Source: Lingula anatina (lineage: Eukaryota > Animalia > Brachiopoda). From it: DNA of 64,000 bases. This document shows, piece after piece, positions 1-12,562 of this stretch. Made by a program: the position numbers and the translations under genes. Within the stretch, counting starts at the first letter, position 1. Each line of letters starts with the position of its first letter. Location of the stretch: contig CM120644.1 of NCBI GenBank assembly GCA_051362555.1, positions 23,582,534 through 23,646,533 on the forward strand, given 5' to 3'. Below the pieces are notes generated by a model. That model saw only the letters and a program-made list of their open reading frames with translations, was not told the DNA's origin and searched no databases.

Positions 1-840
1 CATAATAACTTTAACAATTACAACAAACCTCCCTACTCTGCTTTTCGTTGCAAAAACAATTAGCCACAACTGTTTTAATATTAAAAGATATCAATAATAA
101 TGACGATTTCTAAATTTCAAAAGTACCTTTGGGGTACGAACTCCCGTCGGGTAGGTTGCAACGTTTGCAACGACGTTAACCGTTATTCCACCAATTCTAT
201 TATACTTTCACACCGATGTCGACAGATCTGTATTGCCGGGCATGCCGAAGCTTTGCGGAAATTGCCGAAGGCTAGGAAAATTCTTCAAAATATATTTTTA
301 TTTCTTTTAATCAAATCCAATCTCTCACTGCCCTGAGGTATGGCTAAAACCTTTCAGTTGTCATCAGACTTTGTAATTTGGGAGAAAAAAAAGTGAAACA
401 GGAACTTCTGGTGATGAATAATACATGTAGATTATAGTGCTGCAAGGTCTTGTTTTCTATCCCTGATGTACGAGTAGCTTTTTCTACAGTTTCTATAATT
501 CTCTTAACGTATGAAAATATGCAGGTTTTCTGATACAATAAGACCAATAATACTTTTCAAGTCGCGAGTCGGGATAAATATCGGCAAGGTGGAGATATGT
601 CCCGCCGGCGCTTCCGCAACAGCAAGACTGAAGGACGCAAGTTACAAAGCAAAACATGTTTAGTCAAGTTAAAAAGACTAATTACCGGCCTAACAGCGGC
701 GATAGTGACTCCCGCTGTGAGCGACTTGCGCTGTCTATCGTAATCCCCCTATCATTAACACTGTCGGGGGCACACGCACGTTCGCACGTGCGTGTGCTAT
801 TAAAGTGACCGGGGACTAAATAGCTACACGGTAATTCGAG

Positions 841-1872
841 TTATTGCACCACCAGCGTATGCGCTGGCGGTACACATGGTTTTAGTCCCGTCCGGTCTGT
901 TCCGCCGCCATGTTACCGTTACCGCTTCTTCTCCTAGACTACAAGGGCCTGCGTACCCATCTCTTGGATTTAGGTCGCAAACAATCTCAACTCGTTCCAT
1001 GTAAAATTTGGGCTTCGTCGGTGCTGGGGTCTAGGTGTGGCGCTCATTGCAATGCACCCTTGTCCAAAATTTGCAAAATTAAATGCTAATTATCTACCAT
1101 ACCGAAGGAATTATGGGAAAAAATTCTACAGACGGCTGACCGAAAGTCATATGTGGAGATTTCAAATATGCCCTTGGCCTTCACCTTCATTTCAAGGTCA
1201 AACGGGCCAAAATTTTCAAAAAAAAAAAAATTTTTTTTACCAAAAAAAAAAAAAATATTTGCGCTGATATTCAGAAACTACACAGACCTAACCTATGATA
1301 TTATTGAAATGTGTTGCCCTTTAGGTCATCTTTCATCTCCGTGAGTTTGGAATCAATCGGTGCATTTTCACGGGAGTAGCGGCCAAAAGATACCGAAAGT
1401 AAAAACTGTCTCTAATTCGGGAGCCGTTAATGCCTATTCTTTTTTGCATTTTGTACAGCATGTCAAGCCCAACACTGGAGGTGGTCTCCGTTTTTTTTTT
1501 TTTTTTTTTTTTTTTTTCCATACGGTTTACGAGTTATACTGTAACAAAAAGTACATTGTGGTGGTGAAAGCAAAATCTGCAATACGGTAATATGTAATAA
1601 ATTTTGAACCTCTGGAAAATATAACACAAGGCTTGGCGAGGCAGACAACTTCTGGTCAAAAATGACATTATTTCATGGAATTTTAACATCTGGAACTTCT
1701 GAGCACCTCCCATTTCAAGAATTTCAACCAAAATGACCTTTTCTTTATTTCAATTAATATCTTTTGTAGAAAATTTATGGCACATTGTTGTAACTCCAAA
1801 ATTGTAACATTTAGTCCCTTATATCTCCAAAACTGACAGAGATAGGTCCATATTGAAGTTTAATAGGAAGTC

Positions 1873-1875
<3 letters not shown>
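841..1875. mobile_element. Possible Helentron/HINE-like non-autonomous element fragment
   Basis: Starts with TTATT, then the hairpin ccagcgtatgcgctgg and a ccgtcc-type degenerate microsatellite, resembling HINE 5' ends. Boundaries uncertain. Confidence 0.3.

Positions 1876-1876
<1 letters not shown>

Positions 1877-1923
<47 letters not shown>
1877..1923. repeat. (TAA)n microsatellite forming the LINE 3' tail
   Basis: Perfect trinucleotide run next to the minus-strand AATAAA. Confidence 0.9.
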
Positions 1924-1924
<1 letters not shown>

Positions 1925-2099
1925 CTTTATTGAGCACTTAAATGTGTACACGTTACATTTTACAGGCTCTCTACTGGTCATAACAAATTAACAACAATTA
2001 TACAAATCTATACAAATACTTATGGAATGATTACTGGGAAGCAGCACAGAATAAACGACTATTGCTATTGATGGGTGTGTCTTTTTTTCAAACTTTCAG

Positions 2100-2146
<47 letters not shown>

Positions 2147-2583
2147 GTTCTCAAGCACGATTCACTTTTTGGACTGAGCAGCCACTGAATTTTTTCATGA
2201 TCGGTTTTCTGCTCAGGAGGTATCATTAGTCTACTTCTTCTGTCACTATGTTCTTCACATTTCAGTAGAAAGTGGATTTCCGTTTCACTTTCATTACAGT
2301 GGGGACACTTGCGATTTTCAGTAGGGGTTTTAGGGGACGTATAGCGGCCGCGTTCAATTTCTAATTCGTGGTCACTAATCCGCATTTTTGCAATAGTCTT
2401 CATTTCTGATGGTGTGACTTTCATTAACAGATATTTTTCAGGGGTGTAAGTGTTTTGAGTAATCTGTATGTCGTAAGATTAAAGTATTTATCACTCTCCA
2501 GGTCTTTCCAAAATAGTTCCTCATTTTTTTTGTTGATAGCATCTCTTAGGTTTTCAAAGTTATGTAGTGTTTGTGTATCAGTT

Positions 2584-3585
2584 TTATGACCCAGACCCCA
2601 ACACTGTATAAATGTTAATTGTTGATTCAGACCAACAGGGTCCTTTTTCTTTTTGCTCCTGTTCATAAATGTTTTTGACCAATTTGTTGGAAGGTAGCTC
2701 TTTTAGTCTGGCACTGTATCTCTGTTTTGCAACATCAGAATAGAGTGGAAATCTTCCATATTCAGCTCTACAGGCATTGTTCATAGCATTTTTTTTTCGT
2801 CCACCTAGTGCCCATTTGCACATTCTTAGATGTAGTTGTTCAATAGGAAATTTATTTGATTTTGAAAGTGACACTTGTTTTTCCTTGAATATTTCTTCGG
2901 ACCAAACTTCACACCCATACAGTAAAATGGGCTTGATGATTTTGTCAAAAAGTTTTAAGTTGAGTGGGGGAGATGTTATATTTTTCGAGGACAGGGCTGT
3001 TTTAAGAGCAAAAGTTGCTTTTATAGCTTTTTTCTTTAAATTTTCAATTGCTTTTTTCATTGAACCTGTATTTCTAAAGGTTAAACCCAGATAATTACAC
3101 TCTTTGACTGATTCAATGGCTGCAATATTTATTGTAAATGTTGTTGCAGAGTCTAATTTTCCTTTTATATTAAATATCATGATCTTGGACATTTTTTCGT
3201 CTATGTTTAGTTTCCACTTTTTACAATAAGCTTGCAGTGCCGTTAGTTTATTTTGTAGACCATCTTTAGATGCAGATTTTAGGACAAGATCGTCAGCATA
3301 CAAGATGTGATTCAGTCCGTTAATAGCACCGGACTGGTTACAAGAATGGAAAACCTCCTTGATGTCATCCATGTATAAATTAAAGAGAGTGGGACTAAGA
3401 TTATCCCCTTGGCGAATTCCTAGTCTTGATAGAAATGGGGTAGTGTAACCTACACCTACCGAGATGCCTAATCTGGTGTTACTATACATGCTTTTTATGA
3501 CACGGTAGAATTTGCCCCGAATCCCGAGTTTAAGCAATTTCAGTAAAAGTCCGTTGTGCCACACTGAATCAAAGGCTTTTCTCAT
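2584..3585 (-). pseudogene. LINE reverse transcriptase domain
   Basis: KAFDSVWH, GIRQGDNLSPTLFNLY and LYADDLVL motifs. Confidence 0.9.
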
Positions 3586-5420
3586 GTCAATGAAACATGC
3601 ATATAGCTTTGTTTTTTGATTGAGTTACCTGTTGACTAGTGATTTCAACGTAAAGATATGGTCTGCTGTTCTATAACCTGGCCTGAAGCCTGCTTGCTTT
3701 TCACTTAATTTGTTTTCATTGTTAATATGTTGGATGAGTCTGTGTGCTAAAACTGAATTAAATAATTTCCCTAAGCAACTAGTTATGCAGAGGCCTCTAT
3801 AGTTTTCAGGGTTCATATTGATTTAAAAAGCGGAATTATAATTCCTAGGTTCCATGATTCAGGGATTCCAGATGTAATCAGCACCATGTTAAATAGTTTT
3901 GTGAGCACAACTGCAAAATACTGTACCCCCGCTTTCAGCATTTCATTTCTCACCTTGTCTTCCCCAGGTGATTTCCCATTTTTTAGATATTTAATGTCAT
4001 TTTTAACCTCTTTCACTGTAAAAGGTTTGTCAAGTACTGCTTCACCTGATAGGCTTTCATAAGATTTAATTTCATTATCTAAGGCATGGTCACCTTCAGG
4101 AGGGATCCCACACAAATGGTTAAAGTGGTTAAACCATGTATCTGGACTAATTAAGTTTTTCTGCTCTTTATCTTGGTTTAGTTTTTTAAGGGTTTGCCAA
4201 AATGCCTTGGGTTTTTTTTTTCTTCAAAATTTAACAGGTCATTTAAGAATGCATTTTTGTTGTTATGTTTCTTTTGTTTAATAACTTGTTTGTACTTTTT
4301 TGCAACTTCATGGTATGTGCATGAAATGAATTTATTCTTAGGGTTATTTTGAATTAGTTTGCCTAGGTCCTTTACATTTCGTCGTAGTTCAGCACAATTA
4401 AGCGCCGTCATACCACGGCTGTTTTCTCGTTCTTTTAGGACTTTTTTAGGCTTATTTTCAGTTCGCTTCTTAATACGCAAGGATGATTTAGCAGCCTTTT
4501 CCAAGATGTCTGTAAATGAATTGCATGCAATGTGCACACCGTCTTTTGTAGCAGGGAAGTTGGAGGGAGCAAATGTCATTCATCATTGTCTCATTTTCTA
4601 GGGCCTCTATGAACATTTCCCGTGAGTTTGACTCCCAAATGTAGCGGTCACTGAATCCCTTCACTCGCTGTGTTTGTGCAGACTGTTTTAAACCTGTTAT
4701 TTGTAATGTCCGATCTAACCCGCAGTGATCTGATAGGTAATCTATCGGATGTACTGTAAAATATTTGATTTTGCTCAAAAGCTCATCACTAACAATAGCG
4801 TAATCTACTGTGCTGCAACCCTTTGTGTTGTAACAGGTGAAATATCCTTAAGGGTTGCCTCGTATTCTACCATTTGGAATACATAAGTTTCTGCTAATGC
4901 ACAGTTCTAGTAGGGTTCTTCCCTGGGGGTTCACCACACTGTCTAGGTTATTTCTAGGCTTTGAGTTCCTGTCACTGATGCGGCTGTCAGGCATAGGTCC
5001 AATCATATTGTCATCTTTCACAAAGTCTTGCAACATCCCTGTTATGGCATTAAAATCAACTAACAATCTAACTGAGCCCAGGGCTTTAAACTGTGTAATT
5101 TCTTCCTCTAGTATATCAAAATTTGCTTCATCAGATGAAGAAATGCCTGGTTTTATGTATTCTGCACAGAGAAATATATCATTTTGCATTCCGAAATGTT
5201 TACCAGTCATCCTAATCCACAACAAGTTCGTACTCCTACCATTACACATCTTGATTGCATCTCGGAACTCTGTCTTATAGTATATCACAATTCCACCTGA
5301 AGGTCTACCTCTAGCTTTCTTTTTTCTTCTAACTTTAAGGAAGTGGGCATGTGAGCCAGTAGGCAAGGCGACTTTTGACCTTTCAGTTGAAAAAGTTTCC
5401 ACATATACAAAAATATCTAC

Positions 5421-6210
5421 TACCCTCTACCGGGGCGAGTGATAGATTTTTTACAGATATTCACAGATATGTCTCTAGATAGATAGAGAAGCAATAAAGG
5501 GATTGCTCTGAAACTTGACAGGTACCTTAGAGAAGGTATGGTTCGACAGCTAAGCAACACAGTTTGATATGGGATTCTTGCTCTCAGAGAAAATAGCCAG
5601 AAACGGACAGCCATTGCCAGGCAATTCAACATTTATCAGGAATCGTTAGTAAAGTCCTCCAAAGAAATGCTACAACAGGGGCATCTACTCCAATACCTCG
5701 ACCAGGGTGTCCGATTATCACACCAAGAAGACAGGATCGGCTTCTCTTTAGAGTGCGCCGTGCTGGTCGTACAAACACAACCAGTGTGGCAGAAAAGAGT
5801 GGCAGAATGTCATTCAAACGCCCGTCTCTAGGTCCCTCGTGAACAAGAGATTACTGCAAGCCGGTTACTTTGCACGAAGACCAGTACGGAAACCACTGTT
5901 AACAGCAGCTCATATACAGCGACGTCTGCAATGGGTTGGGGACCACGTGCGTTTGCAGCCAAAACACTGGAATCAAGTCTTTTACAGTGATGAGGCCAGA
6001 TATGTTTTTTTTTTTTTTTTTTTTTTTTTTTTTGGGGGGGGGGGGGGTTACGGTCGAATCCGTGTCCGACGAAGTGTACGAGAGGCATAAAACGATGATT
6101 GTGTACTGTCTAGGGTGCAAGCAGGGGTTAGTAACGTCTCTGTTTGGGGATCATTTCATGCCGACAGTGATTCATGCGACAGGCAAATATCACTGCGTGG
6201 AATGATATCC
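5421..6210 (+). mobile_element. Tc1/mariner transposase relic
   Basis: From ATG 5538: a paired-like HTH (TAIARQFNI..IVSKVL..RPGCP..DRLL), then RLLQAGYFARRPVRKPLLT..RRLQW..WNQVFYSDE containing the first catalytic D. Stops, frameshifts and a polyT/polyG run. Confidence 0.85.
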
Positions 6211-7284
6211 CCATCCAAACTCTAAAAAAAAACTTGCCACAGGGTATGCCATGTAGGATGAGGGCGCTGCAAGCGGCTGCTGGAAGTCATACCCGCTATT
6301 GATGACTTTTCATGATTAACTGTAATGAGTTCTTTTACTGTGTAACATATCACTGTCGGGAGGCTATCATTTTCTTTAATATCTGAGCTTAAAGTAAATA
6401 CTGACATCAAACTGGTGATATGGTTTTCCGTAGTTAAATCAGCGTAAGAAGTGTTTTGGTTATTTATATAAAAAATCAAAACATTATATAATGCTTTTCC
6501 AGAATGTTTTTTGTTGACTGGGACATTATTTTGCATGGAGTTAAAAACACGCATAACGTTACCATAACGTTATCATAATATTATTCTGTACCATAACCAG
6601 CATGTAAGCACCTGATAACGTCATGAAAACGTTACTTGTTATCTGGATTACTACTTAAAAGGCATATTTTAAATAATCATGAGTTACTGCAAGGAAGGAA
6701 ACAAAGTGTTCGAGCAGGCTGCTCCACGTCATCAATAGCTCCACACGTTTACAAGGGGAAGTGTTTAGCCAAATTGTAGAGCCTTGTAATAAACTTGTTA
6801 TGGGGTCAGATTCCGGTGAAGCTAATCACCTAGCTAAACGTGCAACACTGCTAAAAACGTTAAGCATTTTCTTCTGTGAGAGGCTTGAAAAGCTAAACGT
6901 GGTGTTCAACAGCTCCACGCGTTTAGGAGTTCCACACATGTTGCAGCTCCATGTGTTTATCAGCTCCACGCGCTTAGCAGGGGAAGTGCTTAGCCAGTGT
7001 GTTTATCTTAGTTTTAATAGCCATCAGTATTGTAACGCGAGGGGTCGGGCCCGAGCGACCGCGACACCCATGCGCGGCGTAGGAACTTGGATGTTTCTTA
7101 GGGAAAGTATATCCCTGTCCTTCAGAAATAAAGAGGCAGATTTATGTTTTACTAAATTTTATTAAACGGATAAATCGACCATAAAGTTCTCAAGTCAGTG
7201 GTGACTATCACATGACTTATTGTCATAAATGTCTATAAAATTGAGAAGTTGGCGTTGCGCGTAGTGTGAGATGACATCTGAGAT

Positions 7285-7720
7285 GGAGTCGACCTCGATG
7301 ACGGCACTGCGTTGGATGGCATCGTTAATGGAATCGGGTAGCGTGCGATGACATCAGGCATTTCTAGTGGTAACCATGCGTAGGACGGCCTCGTTGACAG
7401 TTCGCGTTAGATGACATCGTTGATGGAATTGGGTAGCGTGCAATGACATCTGGCATCTGTAGTGGTAACCATGCGTAGGACGACCTCGTTGACGGCACCG
7501 CGTAGATGGCATCGTTGATGGAATTGGGTAGCGTTCGACGACATCTGGTATCTCTAGTGGTAACTACGCGAAGGACGACCTCGTTGGCGGTTCGCGTTAG
7601 ATGGCACCGTTGATGGAATTGGGAAGCGTTCGACGACATCTGGTATCTCTGGTGGTAACTACGCGAAGGACGGCCTCGTTGACGGCACCGCGTTGGATGG
7701 CATCGTTGATGGACGTCGTT
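7285..7720. repeat. 95-bp tandem repeat (~4.5 copies) inside the LTR; second copy at ~12820-13250
   Basis: The gatgg/acatcgtt landmark recurs at 7315, 7410, 7505, 7600 and 7696. Confidence 0.9.
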
Positions 7721-8129
7721 GACCCTCACTTTGTTTCTTCTTGGTATCAGCTGGCTGAATAAGGTATCTGGTGTTCCCAATGGGATAACTAAGGAAACTA
7801 AAATAAAAACTACCCCCAAGTCTCATGGAGGATTTCACCGCGCACTTGGACTGGAACATCATCAACAGCACCAAGTTGACGTCTGCGCCGATGGCGCCCC
7901 GGACCCGTACGGCCTTTCACCCGAGGATGAGATGTGCACTTCTCTTCGCCATCAAAACCAGCAGCAACCTTGGCCAGGAACCTGTCAACTGCACCCCAAG
8001 GTCTTGGCCAGGAACTTGTCAACTGCAGCCAAGGGACCAATTCCTACATGCTGGAACCCCTCCTCACCAGGAAAAACACCTCCATATTCAGTCAGCCAAC
8101 TGTCCACTTAAAAACTTTATAATTGCTAG

Positions 8130-8545
8130 GAGCACTTATATTAAAGAGAGGGTGCTGCCCTCTAAAAAAACTCACTGATCTAACTTTGTAAAACCATAGC
8201 TAAATAAGCTTGCCAATCACCTTATTTGTTAAAAGCATAAACCACCTGACTTAGGTAACTTAACGAATTCTCTAACCTTAGCACTTTATTAAAGAGAGGG
8301 TGCCACTCTCTGAAAAGCTCACAAATCTAACCTTGTATGACCATAGTTACATAAGCTTGCCAGTCGCCTTACTTGATAAAGACATAAACTTGGCGGTATA
8401 AGTCCACCCTTCTAATTGGTAACTTAATGAATTCTCTGACCTTAGCACTTTATTAAAGAGAGGGTGCCACTCTCTGAAAAGCTCACAAATCTAACCTAGT
8501 ATGACCATAGTTAAATAAGCTTGCCAGTCGCCTTACTTGTTTAAA
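8130..8545. repeat. ~150-165-bp tandem repeat (3 copies) inside the LTR; second copy at ~13660-14075
   Basis: ttaaagagagggtg recurs at 8141, 8289 and 8453. Confidence 0.85.
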
Positions 8546-8634
8546 ACTCAGAAACTAGTGGTAATTAATCTAACGAGCACATGCCGGTAAATTTTAAATG
8601 ACCCAAACATTAAAGATAATCGGTTTCCATATAG

Positions 8635-9280
8635 TAATAACCCCTTAAGGTAACTCGAGATAACTTGTCCTCTTATAGAGATAACCCCTTAAGATAACTT
8701 AAGATAACCTACAGAGATAACCTAAGATAAGCTTTGATCTCATAGAGATAACCCATTAAGATAACCTGAGATAACCTATAGAGATAACCTAGGATAACAT
8801 GTTCTCTTATAGAGATAACCTGTTAAGATAACTTAAGATAATCTATAGAGATAACCTGAGATAACCTTTGATCTTATAGAGATAACCCATGAAGATAACC
8901 TAGGATAACCTGTAGAGATAACCTAAGATGACATGTTCTCTTATAGAGATAACCTGTTAAGATAACTTAAGATAACCTATAGAGATAACCTGAGATAACC
9001 TTTGATCTTATAGAGATAACCATGAAGATAACCTAGGATAACCTGTAGAGATAACCTAAGATAACTCTTATAGAGATTACCTGTTAAGATAACTTAAGAT
9101 AACCTATAGAGATAACCTGAGATAACCTTTGATCTTATAGAGATAACCCATTAAGATAACCTAGGATAACCTGTAGAGATAACCTAAGATAACATGTTCT
9201 CTTATAGAGATAACCTGTTAAGATAACTTAAGATAACCTATAAAGATAACCTGAGATAACCTTTGATCTCCTAGAGATAG
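8635..9280. repeat. GATAAC-based satellite with a ~134-bp higher-order unit (3' LTR)
   Basis: tttgatct landmark at 8733, 8867, 9001, 9128 and 9262; about 10 GATAA per unit. Confidence 0.95.
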
Positions 9281-10041
9281 GCCTAACTACAGTAACATAG
9301 ACGAACAGGTAAAAGAGAAAAAAAAATTAACTGAACATCACTTAATTACTTGCACAGGGAGTGCAAAACAACAGAAGCGGGTAATTAGTGGTGAAAAACG
9401 GTTAATAGTAAAAAAAAAGGAGGTCATGGGGAAGCTACGCGAAATATCTAAACAGAGAACGTAACTTCGATCTAGCAACTACTACAAGTTGTACTTACTA
9501 AAATTAGATAAAGTTTCATTGAATTCAGTTCCAAACTACATAGAAAATGGCTAATGACAGGCGGGTTACCCCCGCGGGGCCCCCCGTGGGGGCACCCTCT
9601 AAATAAAATCTAACTCACTGGTACTATAGGCTGTTGATTCTGTCGAGAGGGGAGTCAGCTTTTCGAAGAACCCACGCTTTGGCTCTGCAGCCCTATTTAT
9701 AGACTCCGTTACGTCATGCTCGCGCTGCGGTCAAAGGTTGAAGGTCGCGACCTAACAGCATGGCCGCTCTGCATGGAAGTGTCACTAACTTGTGTATTGT
9801 AGATTTAGCGCCGTATTTTCATTATTTGGGATTTAAATGAAGAATTAACCTATGGGTTTAGTTGGATAAACTCCAGGACATATGTCTCTAAGGAAAAACG
9901 AAGTCTTGGGTAAGATTTAATGTAAAGTTATTGAAGAAAAGTAGATTCCGGTCATAGCAGACGATCGTGCAGCACATGTTTACATTGTTTCTAATGATTT
10001 TAAATAGCAAATTCGTGGCTCCTGTGACCCCCTTTGTTACA

Positions 10042-10057
10042 CTGCCCCCACCCTTTT
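10042..10057 (-). promoter_or_regulatory. Polypurine tract
   Basis: AAAAGGGTGGGGGCAG immediately before the 3' LTR on the minus strand. Confidence 0.85.
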
Positions 10058-10419
10058 AAAATTGATTCTCCTGAATCAAGAACAAGTACTGTAGGTAGAT
10101 AAACACTATTTTTTTTTTTCGTGACCTTCAGCACAGATAAGGGGGTAGGTTATTCTGTGATTAGTAAAAAAAAAAAAAAAAAAAAAAACAATTCTGCCAA
10201 ATTCCTTAATAAATTTGAATAAAATTAAGTGGATGCGGAAACTCTCACTCCTCCCCTTTTAGTGGCCTGGCTGCCTGACCTTTGGACAGCTCGCCTCGCC
10301 CTCCACTCTCAGGGGAGCTGAGAGCTTTGAGCAACTTGAGCCAGCCGAGACAGAGTGCCACCGTCTGGGAAGGAATAGGGAGATCCATACATCACACCTG
10401 TAATCTTCTACTATTTGCT

Positions 10420-11472
10420 TGTTAGGAAGGCGACGATAAGGTTGTCGGATCGGAGCTGCATTCCCTGTGTCTATACTGTGTTTAACTACGTCGGTTCTTC
10501 CTAAGTCCATGTCCCCTTCTGCGAAGATGTCTTGGAATTCAGTCAGTAGCTGCTTTACGTCTTCTTTTTCTGCTTTACTTAAATGCTTGCAACTTCTACG
10601 CCAATATCGTGCAAAAACTCTGGTAAGTCAGGCGTTGCTGGTGACTTGTTCACAGATCTGATCCACGTGCCTGTGGAACAGGGTGGCAGGGATTGTACTT
10701 TCTCCACTTCAGTGACTGTTCCTACTGTAGTTCCTTGGTAGAGTGTTATAGGATCCGGGCCCGGATTATAAACTTTAACTGGTAATGGCTCTGTAGACAA
10801 GTCGAGGAGTGCCCTGGCCACAAGCAATCCTCTACCTGCAATTTTGTCCGGTCTGGTATTTTCGATGATTCCACTCATACTTCTGCCCGGTTGGTCTGAT
10901 GAGAACAGCTCACCTTCTACTACCACTTCATGTCCAGGTGGCACTAAAGTGTTATGCTTTACTTTCACAGCAGCAATAAAAGAGGTTGCTTCTTTATTCA
11001 CGCAAGGGATCTTCTGACCCTCACAGGAGATCTGGAAACCATTAAAGTCAAGAACACTTCCTTTCTGTAATAAAAAGTCAATGCCTAGGATTCCATCATA
11101 CGGAACTTTTGCCACTATCACCTTCTTCTGGGTTATAGTTTGGCCCACCTGTAAGTCTACCCATGCTTGACCATACACTGGCAGGGGTTTTCCATCAGCC
11201 TGGTAAACAACTTCATTTAGATTCTCCAAGGTCGGTCTTCTGTAACTCTCTATGGCTTGGTAACTTTTCAATGAGATGATGGTGTCTGTGGCTCCAGTAT
11301 CAACTAGTAACGTAACAGGAACACTAAAACTTTTAGCAACAACAAACAAACCCTTATTAACATCTGAAGCCGGAATTCACCCATTATGTACATCACCATC
11401 ATCTTCATTGGGGACCTTTACTGCTTTCTTGGCCTTGTCTCGGTCCACTGACGTGACCAGGTTCCGTTTCCC
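10420..11472 (-). pseudogene. Truncated pol: aspartic protease and linker, ending just before RT
   Basis: LVDTGA and GILGIDFL motifs; frameshift near 10600; DLGRTDVVKHSIDTGNAAPIRQPYRRLP followed by unrelated sequence; in-frame TGA upstream of the protease. Confidence 0.85.
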
Positions 11473-12439
11473 GGTGTGGCTCAGTTCTGCAGTCTCTGGC
11501 GTAGTGACCTTTGTTTCCACATCGATAGCAAGTGGCTTCTTTTCTGTACCCCTGGTTAACTGTGCGTCTCTCTAGTTCAGCCTTCAACTTCTTCACTTCC
11601 TGTTCCAACTGTTTCACTTTTTCATCTTCACAGGGTTCCGCAGATGTCACACGTACTTGTCTTCTCATATGACTTTTCTCTCCTATTCTTTCAGCCTCCA
11701 GGAAAGACTCCATTTCTGCAGCGGCTCGTATTGCGTCCTCTAGACTTCTACATTGCGCCTGGAAAATTCTGCTCCTTAGGTCCCTATCGTCCACAGCGTC
11801 TTGGAAATGGATTCGTGCCAGCCTATCTTGTGACTCTCTATTCAACTCTGGATACGCCAGGGCTGTCAATCTCTTAATGGCCTGGCCCAATTCTCTCAAG
11901 GTTTCGTTAGGCCTCCTCCTCCTATTTCTTAACTCGGCCACGTAAAGCTCTGCTCCACGTCCAGGTCCAAACCGTTGAGCTAGAAGATGAACTAACTGGC
12001 GGTATGAGACCATTCTTCCATCTTCCTGTGCGTCACTCAACGTCACCTGAGCAGTTCCTCGTAGGCTGGCTGCTAGAAAGCTCGCTTTCTCCTCCTCATC
12101 CCAGCCATTTATTCTGGCACAGCTCTCAAAGTGACAGTAATAATCGGCCCATGGTGTATTTCCTTCATAGCGGTCAGGGACATAGCTGGGCCTTCTTCCA
12201 TAGTTTAGGCCGGACCCTGATCTCGGTAGACCCGGGGACGCTAGAAATCGCCTCATAACCTGGGGACTCTCCTCTGTCACCACTTCATCTTCAGCTATGG
12301 TGCTGGCACTGGACCCCACTGGTGCTCCTTCCCGTGGAGTGGCTTTTCTCAGGTTTAGGATTACTTCTGATTCTCTAGACTCGCTCGCCATATCTGCATC
12401 CTCGCGCTTCCCATTGGTCGCCATCTTCCTCTTAAACAA
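11405..12439 (-). CDS. gag: Gypsy Gag (capsid + CCHC zinc knuckle)
   Basis: PDRYEGNTPWADYYCHFESCARINGW capsid motif; CYRCGNKGHYARDC zinc knuckle. Confidence 0.9.
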   Translation of the reverse strand: MFKRKMATNGKREDADMASESRESEVILNLRKATPREGAPVGSSASTIAEDEVVTEESPQVMRRFLASPGLPRSGSGLNYGRRPSYVPDRYEGNTPWADYYCHFESCARINGWDEEEKASFLAASLRGTAQVTLSDAQEDGRMVSYRQLVHLLAQRFGPGRGAELYVAELRNRRRRPNETLRELGQAIKRLTALAYPELNRESQDRLARIHFQDAVDDRDLRSRIFQAQCRSLEDAIRAAAEMESFLEAERIGEKSHMRRQVRVTSAEPCEDEKVKQLEQEVKKLKAELERRTVNQGYRKEATCYRCGNKGHYARDCRTEPHRETEPGHVSGPRQGQESSKGPQ

Positions 12440-12543
12440 TGAAATCTAAATGGTCATTAGTTTTGCCAAAAGTTGAAATAAATCTAGCCTCAATTCTGGG
12501 AGTGATTTTCTGAAGGACTTTCCCACTGTTTTTCTGAAAGACG

Positions 12544-12561
12544 ATCCCACCGCTGCCACCA
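12544..12561 (-). promoter_or_regulatory. Primer binding site complementary to the tRNA-Leu 3' end
   Basis: TGGTGGCAGCGGTGGGAT, 1 nt from the LTR, is the reverse complement of ..AUCCCACCGCUGCCA-CCA of metazoan tRNA-Leu(AAG/UAG). Confidence 0.85.
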
Positions 12562-12562
12562 T

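Larger units (their letters stand above)
1877..5420 (-). mobile_element. Decayed non-LTR retrotransposon (LINE ORF2, RTE-X/L2-like), 5' truncated
   Basis: Collinear minus-strand fragments: APE endonuclease (GRPSGGIVIY, DFNA, DY, SDH), RT (NYRGLCI, QAGFR, KAFDSV, QGDNLSP, YADD) and a C-terminal EIERGR..CxxC..HFLLKC motif. AATAAA followed by a (TTA)n tail at 1877-1931. Several stops and frameshifts. Confidence 0.9.
7031..10041 (-). repeat. 3' LTR (3011 bp)
   Basis: TGTAAC..GTTACA ends; near-identical to 12563-15972; adjacent to the PPT. Confidence 0.95.

Noticed and set aside
2777-5280. Plus-strand ORFs over the LINE, and similar antisense ORFs over gag/pol
   Set aside because: Shadow frames of real TE coding sequence.
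7364-7819. 151-aa repetitive ORF (also at 12896-13351)
   Set aside because: It runs through a 95-bp repeat whose length is not a multiple of 3, so the frame changes between units; no coding signature.
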